A DNA stretch of 64,000 bases. Origin: Nitrososphaeria archaeon (GTDB lineage: Archaea; Thermoproteota; Nitrososphaeria; Geothermarchaeales; JDFR-13). Shown here one piece after another: positions 29,218 through 38,374 of the stretch. The notes under the pieces were generated by a model. That model ran no database searches. It saw only the letters and a program-made list of their open reading frames with translations, and was not told the origin of the DNA. Numbering within the stretch: position 1 is the first letter of the stretch; every line of letters begins with the position of its first letter. The translations under genes and the position numbers were made by a program. The stretch lies in contig JALWXN010000004.1 in assembly GCA_027078545.1 (NCBI GenBank), positions 832,001-896,000 on the forward strand, in the 5' to 3' direction.

Positions 29218-29703
29218 GTGGGTGAGATGTGTATATTCAGGCGGGCCTTGGAGAGGCGTGTAGAGACGGGGCTGGCCGGGCATAGGGTGGCTGTGGAGCC
29301 CCTGGGGAGGGGTAGGTTCAGGGAGGAGTGGAATTATAGGGTCTATGTAGATGGTAGGCTGTTCTGCCACGCCAAGTATTTCATGGGTAGGGGAGTATAT
29401 AGGCCCTGGATAGAGCTGTACAGCTTCACAGATGAGTGGCTGAGGCATAGGGATGATGAGGAGTTTCTAGCCAGCCTCTTCAGAATGGTTGGTGAATGCC
29501 TGGGGATTGGCGAGTCACTATTCATAGAATATGTCCACGACCCATTATTGACTAGGGAGATGGAGAAGGCCCATGATCCTGGGGATACGTATCTGGGGAG
29601 GATCCTTAGGAGGGCAGGGTTCGACAGGTTGAAGGACTGGTATATCCCCGAGGGTATGTGGGAGGGTGGCCAGAAGATAGAGGCTTGGAGGAGCAGTAGG
29701 TAG
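29218..29703 (+). CDS. DUF1122 family protein
   Basis: FMGRGVYRPWIE, LFIEY and KDWYIPEGMWEGGQKI. Confidence 0.85.
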   Translation: MGEMCIFRRALERRVETGLAGHRVAVEPLGRGRFREEWNYRVYVDGRLFCHAKYFMGRGVYRPWIELYSFTDEWLRHRDDEEFLASLFRMVGECLGIGESLFIEYVHDPLLTREMEKAHDPGDTYLGRILRRAGFDRLKDWYIPEGMWEGGQKIEAWRSSR

Positions 29704-29732
29704 AGGGGAAAAAGGAGGGGTTGTTAGTAAGG

Positions 29733-30344
29733 TTAGGGCGGGTTGACAGGCTCCTTCTTCTCCAGCCTCTTCTCAACCTCGTCCCAGTTGATCACCTTCC
29801 AGAAGTTCTCGACGTACTCAGCCCTCCTATTCTCGTACTGGAGGTAGTAGCTATGCTCCCAGAGGTCTGAGACGAGGATCGGGACGAGGCTGGCCGGGTG
29901 GTTCAGGTTATGCTTCTCCACCTGTAGGATGTAGAGGTTGTCCTCCGGGTCGACGTAGAGGATTGCCCAGCCAACGCCCTCGAGGGTGTTGCTAGCCGTG
30001 GTGAAGACCTTCTTGAAGTTCTCGAAGCTCCCGAACTGCTTGTCGATCAGGTCGCCTATCCTCCCGCCGGGCTTATTGTCATCGCTGGGTGGCGCCAGGT
30101 TTGGCCAGAACAGGGTATGGAGTATATGCCCGTTTAGATGGAAGCTTAGATCCCTCATCACAGCCCTGACATCGATCTCGAGCTCGCCCTTGGCATACTT
30201 ATCCAGCTTCTCAAGGGCGGCGTTAGCCCCCTTGACGTATGCAGCGTGGTGCTTGTCGTGGTGCAGCTCCATGATCCTCTTACTGATGACCGGCTCCAAG
30301 GCGTCGTAGGAATATGGTAGTGGGGGTAGGTTGAACCTCTTCAT
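29733..30344 (-). CDS. sod: Fe/Mn superoxide dismutase
   Basis: LPPLPYSYDALEP, HHDKHHAAYV, GHILH and DLWEHSYYLQY. Confidence 0.98.
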   Translation of the reverse strand: MKRFNLPPLPYSYDALEPVISKRIMELHHDKHHAAYVKGANAALEKLDKYAKGELEIDVRAVMRDLSFHLNGHILHTLFWPNLAPPSDDNKPGGRIGDLIDKQFGSFENFKKVFTTASNTLEGVGWAILYVDPEDNLYILQVEKHNLNHPASLVPILVSDLWEHSYYLQYENRRAEYVENFWKVINWDEVEKRLEKKEPVNPP

Positions 30345-30392
30345 GTTAATTGATTTAACTCCCCCCGGATATTTAACGCCTAGATATATATA

Positions 30393-30761
30393 CTACCCGT
30401 TATCCCTATACCTGTCGAAACGCTCCCTATTCAGGCTCAGCTTCTTCCTGAACCACTCCTCGAGATCCATCTCCAATAGGTTGGCGGTTATAACGGTGTA
30501 GATGAATATGTCGATAAGCTCCTCCCTCAGCTGGTCCAGCCTCTCCCTCTCCTCCAGACCCAGGTGCATATACTCCCTCCTCATCTTCTTCACGATATTG
30601 GCGAACTCTCCCACCTCACCTGCGAGTGCGACTACCAGGTACTCCAGCCTGTCTAGGAAGTCTTCGTAACCCTCGATCCTCCAGAACTCTGGGAAGTATT
30701 CTAGGTCGAACTCCTTCTGAATCTTCTGTAGCTCCCTAAGCTCCATCCCACTATCCACCAT
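30393..30761 (-). CDS. MazG-like nucleotide pyrophosphohydrolase
   Basis: ALAGEVGEFANIVKK...EELIDIFIY (EXXE...EXXD). Confidence 0.88.
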   Translation of the reverse strand: MVDSGMELRELQKIQKEFDLEYFPEFWRIEGYEDFLDRLEYLVVALAGEVGEFANIVKKMRREYMHLGLEERERLDQLREELIDIFIYTVITANLLEMDLEEWFRKKLSLNRERFDRYRDNG

Positions 30762-30826
30762 TTAAGGTGGTCTCCCTAGATGGTTAAAAGCCTGTCCCAC
30801 CGCCTGATGATCAATGCATGACTATG

Positions 30827-30844
30827 TGTCGAGAATCCTCGACA
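30827..30844. promoter_or_regulatory. Palindrome TGTCGAG-AATC-CTCGACA
   Basis: With the trailing GGCC it is 21/22 identical to 17006-17027; extra half-site at 30881. Confidence 0.55.
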
Positions 30845-30907
30845 GGCCTATCCAGCCCACTAAACATATGTATTATTAAGTGTCGAGCCACCATAACACT
30901 GGGTGTA

Positions 30908-32638
30908 ATGAGTGGCGTAGCCGATCTCATGAAGAGGCTTGAGGAGCTTGTACGGCTTCCATTCTACGCGTTGATGGGTATAGCCGGTGATAAGCTGGTC
31001 TACATGACTACTGAGCAGGGCGTCGTACGGCTATGGGTATCCAACAAGGATGGGAGTGATAAGAGGCCTGCATCTGGTGAGAGGGTGACCGCACTCTCAA
31101 GGCCGGAGCCAGACTCCAACATCATCGTATATGCCAGGGACGTTACGAAGGGTCAGGAGCTGGGCCAGATCTACACCCTAGACTTGGATAGCCTCGCCGA
31201 GGAGAAGGCTCTAGAGATGACCCCAACAAGGGTCATAGGGCTCGTCAGGCGTGGGGAGAAGATAGTCTATTCAGGGGCTGCCGAGGACGGTGTGGGGATA
31301 TTCATGGGCGAGATAGGTGGGAAGGCTGAGAAGCTATATACCCATCAGGGCCTCCTCTTCGTGACTGACTATACGGGGAGATACATAGTAGGCACGGGCA
31401 TGTTCAGAGGCCCGAGGAGCTACGAGCTCTTCAGATACGACGTCGAGACGGGTGAGATAAAGGTATTCACGCCTAAGGAGGGTAGTGTAAACTTCTCTGG
31501 CAGGGCTAGGGATGGTAGGCTCTTCTTCAAGTCCGACTATAAGGGGAGCGACTGGATATACACCGTCAACGTGGAGGACTTCAGCATAGACTCTGTAGAG
31601 CCCTTCGAGAAGCCTGAGAAGGAGATTCTCGATGTAGAGCCCCTCAACTGGACCTATGACGGCGAGGTAGCATACCTAGTCTCGACTAGGGACGGCTTCG
31701 AGGCCTATCTAGGGACGGAGAAGCTACCAATAGAGGGGGGAACAGTCACTGGACTGGAGAAGGTTAGGGGTGAGATATTCCTGACATACTCGAGCTTCAA
31801 CACCCCATCAGGGATATATAAGCTGGTGGATGGGAGGCTCGAGAGGATACACGGCTCAGACCCCGACCCGGAGATAATTGGACGCCTTAGGAATGTCAGG
31901 TATGTATGGATAAAGAGCAAGGATGGTCTGGAGATACCCACCTACATCCTGGAGAGCGACGCCCCGAAGCCTGGGCCAACAGTCATCTATGTACATGGAG
32001 GTCCCTGGAGCCATGTCATGGATGCATGGAGCATCCTGATCCTAGGACTAGTCGCAGCCGGGTTCCACGTAGTCGCTCCAAACTTCAGGGGGTCCACCGG
32101 CTATGGAACCAAGTTCATGAAGATGGATATAGGCGACCCAGGCGGGATGGATATGGAGGATGTGGAGGCAGCTACTAACTACGCGGTGGAGACAGGCCTA
32201 GCATCGAAGAAGGCGATCATGGGCTACAGCTATGGAGGCTTCATGACCTTCCTATCAACAGTTAAGAAGCCCGACACCTGGGACGTCGGCGTAGCCGGAG
32301 CCGGGATAGTGGACTGGGAGGAGATGTTCGAGCTGGGAGACGCGTTCTTCAAACAGTTCGCCCTAACCCTCTTCGACAATAGGCGGGACCTATGGAGGGA
32401 TAGGAGCGCGATACACTTCGTCGACAACCTTAGGGCTCCGCTATGCATCATCCATCCACAGAACGACACCAGGACACCTCTGAAGCCGGTGCTTAGATAT
32501 ATGGAGAAGCTCCTGGAGAAGGGGAAGAGCTTCGAGGCCCACATCATACCAGACATGGGTCACACGATAACCACTGTGGACGACATCTTCAAGCTACTAC
32601 TACCCGCGGTGATATTCCTTAGGAACAAGCTGTACTAG
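30908..32638 (+). CDS. Acylaminoacyl peptidase (S9 family)
   Basis: VHGGP, NFRGSTGYG, GYSYGG nucleophile, QNDTRT (Asp) and DMGH (His). ATG 30908 chosen; the ORF is open from 30818. Confidence 0.95.
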   Translation: MSGVADLMKRLEELVRLPFYALMGIAGDKLVYMTTEQGVVRLWVSNKDGSDKRPASGERVTALSRPEPDSNIIVYARDVTKGQELGQIYTLDLDSLAEEKALEMTPTRVIGLVRRGEKIVYSGAAEDGVGIFMGEIGGKAEKLYTHQGLLFVTDYTGRYIVGTGMFRGPRSYELFRYDVETGEIKVFTPKEGSVNFSGRARDGRLFFKSDYKGSDWIYTVNVEDFSIDSVEPFEKPEKEILDVEPLNWTYDGEVAYLVSTRDGFEAYLGTEKLPIEGGTVTGLEKVRGEIFLTYSSFNTPSGIYKLVDGRLERIHGSDPDPEIIGRLRNVRYVWIKSKDGLEIPTYILESDAPKPGPTVIYVHGGPWSHVMDAWSILILGLVAAGFHVVAPNFRGSTGYGTKFMKMDIGDPGGMDMEDVEAATNYAVETGLASKKAIMGYSYGGFMTFLSTVKKPDTWDVGVAGAGIVDWEEMFELGDAFFKQFALTLFDNRRDLWRDRSAIHFVDNLRAPLCIIHPQNDTRTPLKPVLRYMEKLLEKGKSFEAHIIPDMGHTITTVDDIFKLLLPAVIFLRNKLY

Positions 32639-32728
32639 GGGGCTCCAGCCCCTACATCCCCCACAACTTTTTAGTAGGGCTATGGTTGGAAAAAGGAGGG
32701 TTGGGAGTAGATAGGGACTACTAGGTCT

Positions 32729-34702
32729 CTAGTCCTCCCACTCATCATCGTCGTGGTCATCCTCCTCGTCATCCTCGCCGTGGTCACCACCCATGTATCC
32801 ACCCTGTCCACCTCCTCTCCCATCATCGTCAGACCTATTCTCGTCACCATGCTGATCATCGTCCATCCCGTCCCCAGAGCCGCCCATATCCTCATCTGAC
32901 CAGTCGTCTCCATCGTCCTCCCCATAATCCTCGTCATGACCATCCTCCATATCTCTATCCATAATTATCTCGGCCTGCTCAATCATCTGTTCAGCCTCCA
33001 TGTAGAGCATCCTAGCCTCACTAACCAACTGAAGTGCCTCGGTATAGTTGCCCATCCTAGCCGCCTCGATAGCATTTTCCAGTATAGAGAGTGCCTGGCT
33101 AAGGATATCCGTGGCATTAGTCAGGAGAGCTGCCGCCTCCGAGTTGTTCCGTGACACCGCTCTCTCCCACATCCTCTCGGCCTCATACCTCTTCTCTATG
33201 ATCTCCTCCCTCAGATCAGCTATCTCGCTGAATATCTCGCCAGCCACGTCACCATGTATATCCTCCATGATGTCCTCCGCCATGTCTACCTGCTCCTCAG
33301 CATACTCGTAAAGCCTCTTAGCCTCTAGATACAACTCATATGCATCGACTATCGAGCCGTTATCAAGGGCTGTGAAAGCCATATCGAGCATCATAGATGC
33401 ATTCTCCAGGATCGAGATGCTGCTGTTTAGGAGGGCTATTGATGCGTTGTCACCTAGATCCATGGCACGGCCCAGTAGATATTCAGCCCTAGTCATCACC
33501 TCTGATATATCTAGCCTGAGCTCGTCCATCTCACGGACCAGCCAGTTTATATTGACGCTCTGGTTACCGCCTGGATGCCTAGGCTCCTCAGGCGTTATGT
33601 CTAGTGCGTCGGCGACATCGTCTAGAATGTTCTCTGCATAGTCGATCTTGACCTTCGCAGCCTCTAGATATGCCATGGCGTCTGGAAGCGTCCCGTTGAG
33701 TGCTAGGGCTTCTGCCATGTCTAGATCGCTTGATGCATTGGCTAGATACGTCCTAGCCTCCTCTATCAGTTGGATTAGGTATGTCTTGTTCTGTGCATTG
33801 GCCTCCCCCTCGAGCTGGAGGCTAATGTTTAGTAGCCTCTCTACCTCAACCCTCTCCTCACTAATCTCTATTAGGATCTTCTCAGCCAATGTACTGTTCA
33901 CAGCCTCCTCCACCACGCCTGGCAACGTCTGGTTACCTATCTGCTGAGCCACGTTCTCCAGGATAGCCAGTGTACCGTTCAACGTGGATATAGCTAGGTC
34001 TACAGCCAGTACTGCGGCTGGATCCGCACCCTCATCCGCCAAGTAATCCCTGATCTCGCCTAGGAGATCCATGGCTATCGAGATCCTCTCCATACCCTCC
34101 TCCAGGGTATCTACACCGTCTCCACTCGTGGATAGCTCCCTAACCAGCTCTATAGCCGCCTCCACCAGGTCACTACTTATACCGCTAACTGAGATCTCAT
34201 TCAGAGCCCTGGCCACGTCCTCCAGCTTAGCCAGTGCGGACTCAAGGTTCCCAGCCTCTACATCGGATGCGATGGAGCTGTATAGCTCCTCGATCGATGT
34301 GTAGTTATACTTCTCAGCCACCACCTGTAGGACGCTGAGGACCTCCCTTACAATAGCCTCCTCCACATCCCTCTGATCCAATACATCCTCGGGGAGCGTC
34401 TCCTTCAGATCCTCGAAGTAGCCTGCGAGAATATCCCTGACACTCCTCAACTCGTCTAGGCTTAGCATGGTGAGATCCATAGATGTGATGTTCTCTATGT
34501 AGGCCAGTGCCTCCTGGGCGAGTGACTCGTCAGAAGTTATGTATGCTAGGCGTCTAACCATCTCTACATATACGTTTATCTCCCCGATTACCACGCTCTT
34601 CTCAAGGCTGTCCTCCTGGGCCGCCGAGGGGGTTGGAACCCCTGGGACTAGTCCGACAAGCATCACGAGTAGTAGCCCGATCCCAATCAACACCCTATTC
34701 AT
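32729..34702 (-). CDS. Large secreted alpha-helical repeat protein with an acidic D/E/G/H tail
   Basis: Signal peptide MNRVLIGIG after a GGTGA SD; three repeats of about 95-100 aa; many N-x-S/T sequons. Confidence 0.85.
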   Translation of the reverse strand: MNRVLIGIGLLLVMLVGLVPGVPTPSAAQEDSLEKSVVIGEINVYVEMVRRLAYITSDESLAQEALAYIENITSMDLTMLSLDELRSVRDILAGYFEDLKETLPEDVLDQRDVEEAIVREVLSVLQVVAEKYNYTSIEELYSSIASDVEAGNLESALAKLEDVARALNEISVSGISSDLVEAAIELVRELSTSGDGVDTLEEGMERISIAMDLLGEIRDYLADEGADPAAVLAVDLAISTLNGTLAILENVAQQIGNQTLPGVVEEAVNSTLAEKILIEISEERVEVERLLNISLQLEGEANAQNKTYLIQLIEEARTYLANASSDLDMAEALALNGTLPDAMAYLEAAKVKIDYAENILDDVADALDITPEEPRHPGGNQSVNINWLVREMDELRLDISEVMTRAEYLLGRAMDLGDNASIALLNSSISILENASMMLDMAFTALDNGSIVDAYELYLEAKRLYEYAEEQVDMAEDIMEDIHGDVAGEIFSEIADLREEIIEKRYEAERMWERAVSRNNSEAAALLTNATDILSQALSILENAIEAARMGNYTEALQLVSEARMLYMEAEQMIEQAEIIMDRDMEDGHDEDYGEDDGDDWSDEDMGGSGDGMDDDQHGDENRSDDDGRGGGQGGYMGGDHGEDDEEDDHDDDEWED

Positions 34703-34775
34703 ACGGGTTTCACCGGGTAGGGATAATACGTTCCAACGTATTGAGGACATATGTGGAACACCGCGGAACATGGCT

Positions 34776-35642
34776 TCAGGGCTTCCTGAGTAGGCGGATC
34801 CTATTCCTCCTATACTCCTTGATCACCTCTACGTAGCCGAGCACCTCGAGCCTACGTATATGCCTCCATAGGGTCGTCTTCGGTATACCTAGCCTCCTCA
34901 TCAACTCGCTCTGATACATCTCTCCACCCGCCTCCTCCAGAGCCTCCAGGATCAGGAGGTCGGTCTCGTCTAGGAAGCCGGCCTCCTCCAGGTCTACCTC
35001 ACCTGTTTTGGCGGATCTGTAGCGCCAGGCCAGGAATCCAACAGCGGCTATCGATGCCAGTACGGCAACAAGTACTAGGTTCCAGGGGAGTGGCTCACCA
35101 GCCGTTGGAGGTGACCCCGGCTCAGTAGCCACGTCCGAGACGACGTATCTAATCTCGTATAGCCCCCTGAACTTCACGGTAAAGGTTCCGTCATCGTCGT
35201 AGAAGCTATCGAGTATGGTCTCGGGTAGGCTTAGCAGGACCACCCTGCTGGAAACCCTTAGTGTAGAGTCGTAGCCAGAGTAGTATCTGAATGCCACCCC
35301 CTCGCCCGAGGTGTCGACCTCGGGGATATACTCTATCATGAAGCTCTGGCCAGGCTGACCCGATATAATCACACTATTGTTTATCACCACCGGGGTTCTA
35401 AGCTCCCCCTCCACATATACCACTACAGATGCGGGCGTGGGATCCGCTGGGAGCTGGATCTCCTCAAGATCCCTCTCAAGAGTACCGTTGAGGAATATCT
35501 TGGGAACCCCATCCTCAGTAATCAGTATGGTGCCGGATATCGTGTATCCCCTGGTGGCCCCCATCATTAGGGAGAGGATGGTGATGGCGATCAGGAGGCC
35601 CATAACCATTGAGGCGATGCCGACCCTATTCATAACCACCAC
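34776..35642 (-). CDS. Membrane-anchored transcription regulator (COG2512-like: extracellular beta domain, TM, C-terminal wHTH)
   Basis: Signal peptide, P/T linker, TM and GGEMYQSELMRRLGIPKTTLWRHIRRLEVLGYVEV. Confidence 0.88.
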   Translation of the reverse strand: MVVMNRVGIASMVMGLLIAITILSLMMGATRGYTISGTILITEDGVPKIFLNGTLERDLEEIQLPADPTPASVVVYVEGELRTPVVINNSVIISGQPGQSFMIEYIPEVDTSGEGVAFRYYSGYDSTLRVSSRVVLLSLPETILDSFYDDDGTFTVKFRGLYEIRYVVSDVATEPGSPPTAGEPLPWNLVLVAVLASIAAVGFLAWRYRSAKTGEVDLEEAGFLDETDLLILEALEEAGGEMYQSELMRRLGIPKTTLWRHIRRLEVLGYVEVIKEYRRNRIRLLRKP

Positions 35643-35742
35643 TCATGAGCCATATCCCTATACTTAAATCCCGTCTCGATATAAAGTGGATGTTTCCAAC
35701 AGGTAGCGATTAAAATTATCGTTAAGCATATCATCTAATACT

Positions 35743-36186
35743 ATGACGAGGCCCATCACACTCGACGAGGTAGAGGTCGAGTTTAAAGGTGTAAAACATA
35801 CCTATTCGAGCCAGGGCAGGCCCTACAAACTAGCGGTCAGTGGATGCTGTGGGACATACGTATCCGGCGTCGTCCCTTATTCTAACCAGGGTCTAGTCTC
35901 GAATAACTTTGAGGAGCAGGTGGAGTTCGTCCTAACTGTTATTACCGAGGTAGCCAAAAAGATCGGCGGCTCATGCATAAAGACTGACAAGGAGGCTAAG
36001 AAGTCGATCCTGAAGCTGACGGTATACGTTGTCGACCTCGATAAGGGTAAGTACGATGCTCTAAACCAGGTCTTCAACGACTTCTTCAAGAATGTGGGCT
36101 ACTTCCCGGCTAGGACGACGATTGGTGTGGCCTCGATACCAATCCCTGGTGCACTTGTGGAGATCGATGCCGTACTTGACATCTAG
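35743..36186 (+). CDS. RidA/YjgF family protein
   Basis: YVSG, FEEQ, LKLTVYV, PARTTIGV (catalytic Arg) and GALVEIDAV. Confidence 0.9.
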   Translation: MTRPITLDEVEVEFKGVKHTYSSQGRPYKLAVSGCCGTYVSGVVPYSNQGLVSNNFEEQVEFVLTVITEVAKKIGGSCIKTDKEAKKSILKLTVYVVDLDKGKYDALNQVFNDFFKNVGYFPARTTIGVASIPIPGALVEIDAVLDI

Positions 36187-36207
36187 GGTAGGAGGGGTGT
36201 TAGAGGC

Positions 36208-37089
36208 CTGGCGGGTAGGCTGGACTATCTCCTCCTGGCTGTAGCGGTCGTATCAGTATCATTCGCGGCTATACTCTTCAGGCTATCCGAGGTAGCCGGC
36301 TTCCCAGCCGCGGCATGGAGACTAGGCATAGGTAGTCTAGTCACACTGGTTATACTACTATTCCTAGGCGGGCCGGAGAGGGGGATAAGGCCTAGGGATA
36401 TATTGTTAATGGTTCTTGGAGGCTTGGCACTAGCCCTCCACTTCGGCTTCTGGTTCATAAGCCTCGAGCATATAAGGGTGGGGCCCAGCACATTGATCGT
36501 CGATGCCTACCCAGCCGTGCTAGCGATTATTGGACACATCTTCTTCGGGGAGAGGTATGGATATAGGGATGTGGTCGGCTCCCTACTAGCAATAGTGGGT
36601 CTTGGAGGGATGATAGTAACGACCTATGGATACGAGCTGACAACCCCGGATGGGGACGTTGTCCTAGGCCTCGTGACGGTCCTCATATCCCTAGCCATGG
36701 TGACTACATACTTCATCATCGGGAAGTTTATGAGGCTTAGGATTGGGACCTGGACCTACACCTCAATAGTCTACCCCTCGGCATTCCTAGCCACCCTAGC
36801 AATTACACTGGCGACTGGAGAGTCGTTGATACCCCCGAGCCCCGAGTCCTACATCTACCTTATACTCCTAGGCATAGTCCCGATGATAGGTGGGCACACA
36901 GTCATCAACTACCTACTCCCGAGGCTTAGGAGCCTGACCGTGACTATACCCGTGATAACCGAGCCTATAGGGGCCAGCCTACTCGCATATATCGTGCTTG
37001 GAGAGACACTTCCCTTGGAGGCCTCGGTATGGATCGGGGTAACGGTTATTGGTGTAGGCCTAGTGATATCCTCGGAAGGAGCGGGCTAG
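36208..37089 (+). CDS. DMT/EamA transporter (probable CTG start)
   Basis: The frame is open upstream of the tracked TTG 36403 and encodes the canonical EamA TM1-2 (LLLAVAVVSVSFAAILFRLS...AAWRL). Confidence 0.85.
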   Translation: MAGRLDYLLLAVAVVSVSFAAILFRLSEVAGFPAAAWRLGIGSLVTLVILLFLGGPERGIRPRDILLMVLGGLALALHFGFWFISLEHIRVGPSTLIVDAYPAVLAIIGHIFFGERYGYRDVVGSLLAIVGLGGMIVTTYGYELTTPDGDVVLGLVTVLISLAMVTTYFIIGKFMRLRIGTWTYTSIVYPSAFLATLAITLATGESLIPPSPESYIYLILLGIVPMIGGHTVINYLLPRLRSLTVTIPVITEPIGASLLAYIVLGETLPLEASVWIGVTVIGVGLVISSEGAG

Positions 37090-37138
37090 CGGCTTAGGGG
37101 TCTTCTTTAAAGCAGTTCCTAGGCGATAATATAATTAG

Positions 37139-38371
37139 GTGCTGAGGATGGAGCTGAGCCACGTCCTTCCAGAGGTGGATAGGTACTTTGAGTATGCCCT
37201 CGACACTGTCTATAAATATATCCATAAGACCCCTATGGACTACAGCGCAACCCTCTCCAAGATGGTTGGTGGGGAGGTATACCTGAAGTGTGAGAACCTA
37301 CAGAAGACCGGTAGCTTCAAGGTTAGGGGCGCGATAACAAAGATCTCCAGGCTGAGGGGTAAGACCGAAGGCGTAGTAGCCGTGAGTGCGGGTAACCATG
37401 CACAGGGAGTGGCATATGCAGCCTCTATATACGGCTTGAAATCCATAATCGTCATGCCAAGAGACGCCTCGATATCTAAGGTGGAGGCCACTAAGAACTA
37501 TGGCGGTGAGGTAGTGCTCGCTGAGGGGGGCTTCGGACACCTTTTCCAGCTGGGCTACGAGATCTCTAGGAGCAGGGGGTACGAGTTCGTCCATCCCTAC
37601 GACGACCCCGAGATAATTGCTGGGCAGGGCACACTTGGATGGGAGATCCTTCAGCAGGTGAGCGATGCAGACACGATAGTAGTGCCCATAGGGGGTGGAG
37701 GCCTGATATCAGGCATCTCCTACATAGCGAAGAAGCTCAGGCCCAGTATAAGGATCATAGGGGTCGAGTCAGAGGCCGTGCCCAAGGCCAGTGAGGCGAG
37801 GAAGGCTGGTAGGATAGTCGATGTAGAGGTTAGGCCGACACTGGCGGATGGACTCTCGGCTAAGAGGCTGGGGGAGCTCACGTTCCAGTTCATCGAGAAG
37901 TATGTAGACGAGATCTACACCGTCTCTGAGGAGGCTATTGCGCAGGCGATATACTTTATCCTAGAGAGGAGCAAGATGCTTGTCGAGGGTGCGGGAGCCA
38001 CCACCGTAGCCATGATCTTCGATGGACATGGAGACCTCTTTAGGAATGGGAAGACGGTATTCCTACTATCCGGCGGGAATATAGACCTAACATCGATCTA
38101 CAGAATCCTGCTTAGGGGTCTGAGCGAGGCGAAGAAGATCGTCAGTCTCGAGGGGTATGCACTGGACGTGCCTGGGACACTTGCCAGGATAGCCGGGATA
38201 ATAGCGGAGAAGGGCGGCAACATTGTAGACGTTTTCCACGACCGGATGGATATCTATACACCACCTGGATACACCAACCTAAAGATCATTGTGGAGGTGC
38301 CCAACCCAGAGACGATAGAGGAGATCAAGGAGATGTTGCGCCACTCAGGGATATGGATAAGCAAGGGATGA
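37139..38371 (+). CDS. ilvA: Threonine ammonia-lyase with C-terminal ACT domain
   Basis: KCENLQKTGSFKVRGA (PLP Lys), SAGNHAQG, PIGGGGLISG, LSGGNID and ACT (DVPGTL). Confidence 0.95.
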   Translation: MLRMELSHVLPEVDRYFEYALDTVYKYIHKTPMDYSATLSKMVGGEVYLKCENLQKTGSFKVRGAITKISRLRGKTEGVVAVSAGNHAQGVAYAASIYGLKSIIVMPRDASISKVEATKNYGGEVVLAEGGFGHLFQLGYEISRSRGYEFVHPYDDPEIIAGQGTLGWEILQQVSDADTIVVPIGGGGLISGISYIAKKLRPSIRIIGVESEAVPKASEARKAGRIVDVEVRPTLADGLSAKRLGELTFQFIEKYVDEIYTVSEEAIAQAIYFILERSKMLVEGAGATTVAMIFDGHGDLFRNGKTVFLLSGGNIDLTSIYRILLRGLSEAKKIVSLEGYALDVPGTLARIAGIIAEKGGNIVDVFHDRMDIYTPPGYTNLKIIVEVPNPETIEEIKEMLRHSGIWISKG

Positions 38372-38374
38372 CCA

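Noticed and set aside
30345-30359. GTTAA-N5-TTAAC at the sod start
   Set aside because: Short, AT-rich and single-copy in the window; could arise by chance.
30805-30850. TGATGA suggesting a third C/D sRNA
   Set aside because: No box D or terminal stem at a suitable distance.
32729-32950. Repetitive TCATCG/TCGTCA tract as a possible CRISPR array or tandem repeat
   Set aside because: It is the Asp/Glu-rich coding tail and has no repeat-spacer structure.
36184-36186. Amber read-through (pyrrolysine) fusing RidA to EamA
   Set aside because: RidA ends at its normal C-terminus, an SD-like sequence follows the stop, and no pyl genes are visible. A CTG start is simpler.
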